From a virus (lineage: Duplodnaviria; Caudoviricetes), in the IMG/VR virus record IMGVR_UViG_3300026116_000035: 64,000 bases of DNA, one strand, 5' to 3'. Both the position numbers and the translations under genes were made by a program. The stretch's first letter is position 1. Each line of letters starts with the position of its first letter. The notes beneath the pieces were generated by a model. The model did not search any database. It had not been told where the DNA came from and saw only the letters and a list, made by a program, of their open reading frames with translations. Positions 59,701 to 64,000 of the stretch are shown here, piece after piece.

Positions 59701-60020
59701 TTTTGGTAAAAGAATCACCTTCTATAAAAGTTGATATAGAAATGAATATTGTGTTAACTGATGATTTTATAAATAATGGAAACACTGTGAAACAAAATGT
59801 TCAAGATATTGTAACTTCAACATTAAATTCTAATAAATTAGGTTTGACTATTGATTCATCTGATTTAATTAATGCTGCATATACAATAGATGGTGTTGAT
59901 AGAGTTAGAGTATTATTTTTTAATAAATCAGATTTGGCCGGAAGTGTATTAAGTATTACGGCACAGAAGAATGAATATATAGTTGCAAATGATGTTGTTA
60001 TAAATATAGAAACGAGATAA
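56778..60020 (+). CDS. Baseplate J-like / gp6-like wedge protein
   Basis: A.G.V.F, G.IV....G..F, A...G..GN, GG..AEDES.FR.RI, and a C-terminal D.SDLIN...IDGVD.V pattern. Confidence 0.88.
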   Translation: MARIRSSNEIILALLDFYRNAQPNLDTKPGTVSRDLLVDGFASQLSRLYEELARTSSLQSLRLALGSDLVNLASNFGVFKKNGSKSSGPVLFTFNSLTSDIPINKGDIVTARNGATFVVSNGLVVSSVFANSFKAIASQFRTDLDLAGISDQYAVQVQVEATATGIQGNISKYSIVSTSTSGVSNVLNVVPFGGGKAAEDESAFRSRILSVFSGSNTGTSLGYKNAVLSDPATIDAVVIEPGDTLMTRDGTQVFTAENGTKTIISEGSGGKIDIYVFGARLQEVLDSYIYRDLSNTGNATNPANNFVLGQLSTDDNKTVTKKRLDDLANGILPSQPINNVIQVSGSLSGNNFIEKSVDSLGRVSGNYEIIKDTGAYGGSPWGFDKLSWISDRVSGFKEDTTKGIFDGQDSLSFSDITEIQTIQQNISIVNENSKVLPSDRSMIQLSHYPISNVTRVFNVSTGERYVIVNQNPNGTGSVNNTGKIQISGGSLPAVNDILQTDYTWLFTYDPNFDYDNKANKNNIRAVQDSVDWGFSNIVKREQATLITTSSTLTVTTTHPINSVISVNVFKNETNAVSYVSNRLSVVVNFPVTNVVSVIRTSDNAELWNTNKLDGTFSGFTIFLPTDTSASVGNLIEVVYNAVDVFNVDNSEGSFNDNKITIVPSATAIAGTIVEVNYIANINTLLPSLTLANLPAIRAGNYFNTTNLNNIGNQPTSHIFSNTGGIIQNLRSAPTRLALTISGSISPGVITVSGTTIFGVLDVVYTVGTSGLKQDLRSALRTALGLTSVSDIPSNLKIARLISLEKVETTSNLDVLNILNSFDIKGYGIRENTFVKNEAVADLTLGVTEISLPNTVNNNDNLPQVGERLKVSFYYILENSSENVLFSKGGTLYTNKSFAFVDSVVISSGFTSGSSSSALLTISNQNQPTTGSRYSVIYDYIAPKQNERITIDYNYNQLIGDATLAVENTRPINADVLVKESPSIKVDIEMNIVLTDDFINNGNTVKQNVQDIVTSTLNSNKLGLTIDSSDLINAAYTIDGVDRVRVLFFNKSDLAGSVLSITAQKNEYIVANDVVINIETR

Positions 60021-63000
60021 TGGCTAATATTAGATTAACTAGAATAAAAGTATCAGATAGTACAACAATTAAAGCTGAATTTAATGCAAGTTTAAGTTCT
60101 TTAATTGGTGTAAATAATATAACTGTAACTTCAGGTACTCCAGGAGTTCCAAATGCTGAAGTTTTAAAAGTTAAAGTTTCTGATACAGTTTTAATTATAA
60201 CAACTAGACCGTTGACTCCTTTTATAGCTTATTTTGTAGAATTTAAATCTGTACCAAATTTTCAATTTAAATCAAAAGATGGCCAATCATTTTTATTTGA
60301 AGATGGAAAAACAAATCGTGCTACAGTTTATGGAGTATCTGACCCGGCCGATCCTATTAAAAGTTCATTAACTGATTATTTAAAAGGTAATGTATATAAT
60401 ATAGATGAAAATACTTTAGTTAATACGATATTAAATTCACAAAGTTCTAATTTAAGTAGAGCTTTATATGATATTGGCCAATTAAAAAATGATAATTACT
60501 TAGAAGTATTAATTGAAGATGAAATTAAGGTTCGTGGCTCTGGACCCTATGATAGATTAAATGAAGAAGGGGCTTTTGAAATTATTAGAGTTGGAACAAA
60601 AGCTAGTGGTTCAACCTCTTTTATGGAATTTAATTTTCAAAGTTTTCCGCATAGCAAAATATCATTATTGAAATCTTCTATTGTTAATGAAAGATTAAGT
60701 GCAAGTAATAATTCTACAGGTTTTAATGATTTCATATTAACTGTTTCAAAATATCCAGTTATCACTTTAACTAGTTTAAAAGTAGCATATCAAAATGGTG
60801 GTTCAAGTACATATGATATTAATACTTTTGGATATCAATTAAAAGATCCAAGTTATGATCCAGATAGAGCTTCTACTTATTTACTTTTAAATGACAATCA
60901 AATTAGACTAAGTGAATTAATATTAAATTCAGATTTTATTCTTCCAAAACCAGGCGATACAGTTTATGTAAGTTATGAATTTAAATCATTAGGTAAAATT
61001 ATTAGTGAAGATACTATAGCTGTATCGCAAATAATTGATGCAGTGCGTGAAGTTATTCCGCCATTAAAAAATGATTTTTCTTTAATGAATGCATTATTAG
61101 TTGATAATGATGGAAATACCCCTACAATAGATGGCGTTATATTTTTAGATCCATTATCTAATCCTCCATTTTCTGATGTGCATCCTGCATTTTCTACCGA
61201 AATTCCTTATAAATTAGAAAGATTACCGTCTTTTCCTGGAGAATATTCAATTGATTATGTTAATGGAAGAGTATTTTGTTATGGTGTAAGTGAAAAATTA
61301 AAAGATGGATCAGGTAATTTTCCTCCCGTAGCTACATATAAGTATAAAAAATTATATGATAATAGATTAGATTATACATTTAATAATGAAACATCTGATT
61401 TAGTAGCTTCACCTTTAAGGGAATTAATAGGTGAAAATGTAACTGTATCTTTTAGTTATGAACAAACATTGGTTCCAGGCATTGACTATAAAGCTCAAGT
61501 TCATCAAGAAATAATTAATGAAAGAATTGAAAATAGATTAAAAACATTAGGTTCATTAGGTGTTGAAAATACACCTATTACAAATACGTTTAGAATATTT
61601 AATGAAACTAGTGGTGAAATTTATCCAATAACTAGATTTAATGATAATACTGTATTTTTTACTTACAGTAATCCTCCAGCAATATTAAATATAAATAGAG
61701 AACGAGTTTCATTTACTGACGTTTTGAATGAATTATTAATAGTTAATAATGAATTAATTAATGCTTCTAGTGTTAGAATATTTAAAATAACTTTACAAAA
61801 TAATCAAATTATAAATGGAACTGAAGATGGAATAGGGGCTAGTTTTAATTCTAGTGCTTCATTTAGCAGGACGGATATATTTGAAAAAGAAATTTATTTT
61901 GATGGACAAGAATTAACATTAACTAATAATTTAAATAAATTGGTAATAGGAAATTATCAAATAGATTATGTTAATGGTATTTTATATGTAGCTACTTCTA
62001 ATTCTCAAGATTTAGATTTAGGTACAATTAATTATAAAAAAGCAACTATTTCAACAAAAAATAAACATATAATTAGCGTTTCTAATTTATATAATAGTAT
62101 TAGTTCATTAAAGGGAATTAATAAAACTTTAGATTATAATAGTTTCAGTGATAGTGAAATTGTACCTAGTAAATTAGATCGTTCAGATGAAAGATTTTTA
62201 AATGGTGATGTAACATTATCTTATTTTGTTAATAATGGGACTATATTTGTAACGGATAATATTAAAAATGTTAGAGGTTTATATGATGCTTATGATTTAA
62301 ATAATCATACTCCAATAAATTTTGCTGACACTACTACTGTTGCATCTAATATAATTACATTAAATCCAAATGGCCTTCAGAAAAAAGATACATTAAATAT
62401 TGGGTCATTAGCACAAATTACCGTTCCTTTTATTAGTAATGGCGTAGAAATTGTGAGTGTTTCTAGTGTAATTAGAATTAGTGATGGAGCTCAACTTTGG
62501 GATAATTCAGGAAGTTTTTCAGGATATGTTATTTCATTATCAGGTACGGGTTCACCTTTAATTGGCCAAGCTGTAGTTGTAATTTATAATATTCAATTAA
62601 ATGGGGCAGCTACACCAATTGTAGATTATAATCGTGGAGATTATTTTGTTGATTATTCTTATTTGGCAGATGAAATTTTAGTAAGTTATGAATACGGTGA
62701 TAATTTAATTGATTTTAGAGAATCAGGAACATTAGATGAAGGTGATCAATATTATGTAACTTATAAAGTTGGAGCTTTGCGAGATGCGTTATTAAAGAAT
62801 TTTGGTAGTTTAGTTAATTTACCTATAATGAATAATTTTGACATTTCATTACCAAGAGAAAATTATCGAAATGCATTACAGGGAGCCTTGCAATCATTTC
62901 CTAAAGGCCCAACTATAGCTGCAATTAAAAAATTAGTTTCCAGTATAACTAAAATTGATCCAGCGTTAACTGAATCTGTATTTGATATTTGGTCTTTAGG

Positions 63001-64000
63001 CATAAGTAGATTATTTCAAAATAGAGCTACGATTACTGGTAATCCTACTTTATTAGCAGCTAAATTTGATAACGGCGTATTAATTGATAAATCAGATCAA
63101 ACAATTTCATTTCCAATGACCAGTAATTTAAAATTGGAAAACGGGTCACTTAGATGTTGGGTTATTCCGGAGTGGGATGGATTAGATAATGATGCTACAC
63201 TGACATTTTCTAAAATATTAAAAGATGGTTATCAATTATCTGCTTCAAATATATTTATAGGATCAGATAGTCATAATCCTATTTTTGATATAAATAATAC
63301 ATTTTCAGTAAATAAAGATGATGAATTAACTTCTATTGGTTTGCCATCAAACATTTACACAAAAACTGGTATTTTTATTTATTATGATAATGTAGCTAAA
63401 CGTTGGAAAGTATTAGCTAAAGATTCTACTTCTTCAAACCATACTTATTCTGCTGAAATAAATTCATCAGGTGAAGTTTATGATGTTAAATACATAGAAG
63501 GATTAGGGGAATCTACAGATGTTTTAAGAAGCTTTACTAATAAAATTCAATTTACATTTAATATTGGAACTAGTGAATCAAGTAGTCCTGATGGATATAC
63601 AATAGGTGATGGATATATGGCCGGGTATTCTTTTGATGGAATTACTTTTATGGCTGATGATTTGCATTATTTATTTGATTTTGGTAAAGATGAAACTACC
63701 GAACGATTTTCATTATTTAAAGATGGTAGAGGATATTTAAATTTTGAGGTTTGGGATAAAGGTAATAAATTTAGAAAAAATTCTTATAGAGTTAGTGCTG
63801 ATATTTCTGGATGGTCTGCAGGAGAAAAGCATTTAGTTGGCATTTCTTGGAAAATTAATTCATCAAATAGACAAGATGAAATGCATTTATTTATTGATGG
63901 ATTTGAAGTTCCAAATATTATGAGATATGGTGGTAGACCAGTCGCTTCATCAACTGATCGTTTTAGAGTTATAAAACCAGAAATTATTGCTGGAACGGTT
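60020..64000 (+). CDS. Large baseplate wedge/tail protein (Ig-like, gpI/gp7-like and LamG-like regions), 3' truncated; absent from the ORF track
   Basis: ATG at 60020 overlaps the previous stop (MANIRLTRIKVSD...). The frame was open at every point spot-checked through the window end (...FRVIKPEIIAGTV). YR.ALQG..QSF.KGPT.AAIK resembles P2 gpI-like wedge proteins, and GSL.CWV / FSLF..G / HLVGISW..MHLFIDG is LamG-like. Confidence 0.75.
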   Translation, partial: MANIRLTRIKVSDSTTIKAEFNASLSSLIGVNNITVTSGTPGVPNAEVLKVKVSDTVLIITTRPLTPFIAYFVEFKSVPNFQFKSKDGQSFLFEDGKTNRATVYGVSDPADPIKSSLTDYLKGNVYNIDENTLVNTILNSQSSNLSRALYDIGQLKNDNYLEVLIEDEIKVRGSGPYDRLNEEGAFEIIRVGTKASGSTSFMEFNFQSFPHSKISLLKSSIVNERLSASNNSTGFNDFILTVSKYPVITLTSLKVAYQNGGSSTYDINTFGYQLKDPSYDPDRASTYLLLNDNQIRLSELILNSDFILPKPGDTVYVSYEFKSLGKIISEDTIAVSQIIDAVREVIPPLKNDFSLMNALLVDNDGNTPTIDGVIFLDPLSNPPFSDVHPAFSTEIPYKLERLPSFPGEYSIDYVNGRVFCYGVSEKLKDGSGNFPPVATYKYKKLYDNRLDYTFNNETSDLVASPLRELIGENVTVSFSYEQTLVPGIDYKAQVHQEIINERIENRLKTLGSLGVENTPITNTFRIFNETSGEIYPITRFNDNTVFFTYSNPPAILNINRERVSFTDVLNELLIVNNELINASSVRIFKITLQNNQIINGTEDGIGASFNSSASFSRTDIFEKEIYFDGQELTLTNNLNKLVIGNYQIDYVNGILYVATSNSQDLDLGTINYKKATISTKNKHIISVSNLYNSISSLKGINKTLDYNSFSDSEIVPSKLDRSDERFLNGDVTLSYFVNNGTIFVTDNIKNVRGLYDAYDLNNHTPINFADTTTVASNIITLNPNGLQKKDTLNIGSLAQITVPFISNGVEIVSVSSVIRISDGAQLWDNSGSFSGYVISLSGTGSPLIGQAVVVIYNIQLNGAATPIVDYNRGDYFVDYSYLADEILVSYEYGDNLIDFRESGTLDEGDQYYVTYKVGALRDALLKNFGSLVNLPIMNNFDISLPRENYRNALQGALQSFPKGPTIAAIKKLVSSITKIDPALTESVFDIWSLGISRLFQNRATITGNPTLLAAKFDNGVLIDKSDQTISFPMTSNLKLENGSLRCWVIPEWDGLDNDATLTFSKILKDGYQLSASNIFIGSDSHNPIFDINNTFSVNKDDELTSIGLPSNIYTKTGIFIYYDNVAKRWKVLAKDSTSSNHTYSAEINSSGEVYDVKYIEGLGESTDVLRSFTNKIQFTFNIGTSESSSPDGYTIGDGYMAGYSFDGITFMADDLHYLFDFGKDETTERFSLFKDGRGYLNFEVWDKGNKFRKNSYRVSADISGWSAGEKHLVGISWKINSSNRQDEMHLFIDGFEVPNIMRYGGRPVASSTDRFRVIKPEIIAGTV

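Noticed and set aside
36201-64000. Extracellular contractile injection system or tailocin rather than a phage
   Set aside because: A capsid gene, neck genes, G/GT frameshift, holin-like gene and many homing endonucleases indicate a complete phage.
1-64000. tRNA, rRNA or riboswitch genes
   Set aside because: Intergenic gaps are short and AT-rich and I saw no cloverleaf or conserved RNA motifs. A tRNAscan-SE/Infernal run would be needed to exclude them fully.

Overview
This window is an AT-rich (by eye roughly 70-75% A+T) segment of a large contractile-tailed phage (myovirus, probably a jumbo phage). It covers almost the whole virion morphogenesis region, coded nearly entirely on the + strand. 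In order it holds: the end of the major capsid gene; two giant modular Ser/Thr/Asn/Gly repeat fibre genes; a glycosyltransferase / methyltransferase / cysteine-desulfurase cassette; accessory genes (cold-shock protein, fibro-slime/PA14 lipoprotein); a neck protein; a very AT-rich operon of seven small ORFs sharing one C-terminal tag (E-x-I-I-x-N/D-I-I-D/E/N-stop); an HExxH zincin; an intein-split structural gene; a holin-like gene; a beta-helix virion protein; an antisense Gly/Cys-rich lipoprotein with its own sigma70-type promoter; then tail completion protein, sheath, tube, G/GT chaperones with a -1 slippery site, tape measure, baseplate hub, spike, wedge and J-like genes, and a final baseplate gene running off the end. 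Several homing endonuclease genes are interspersed. The best candidates for new biology are (i) the C-terminally tagged small-ORF cassette, (ii) the Lys-free combinatorial fibres next to a glycan-modification cassette, and (iii) two myxobacterial-style lipoproteins that hint at a Myxococcota host. All product calls come from motif recognition and gene order; no database searches were run.
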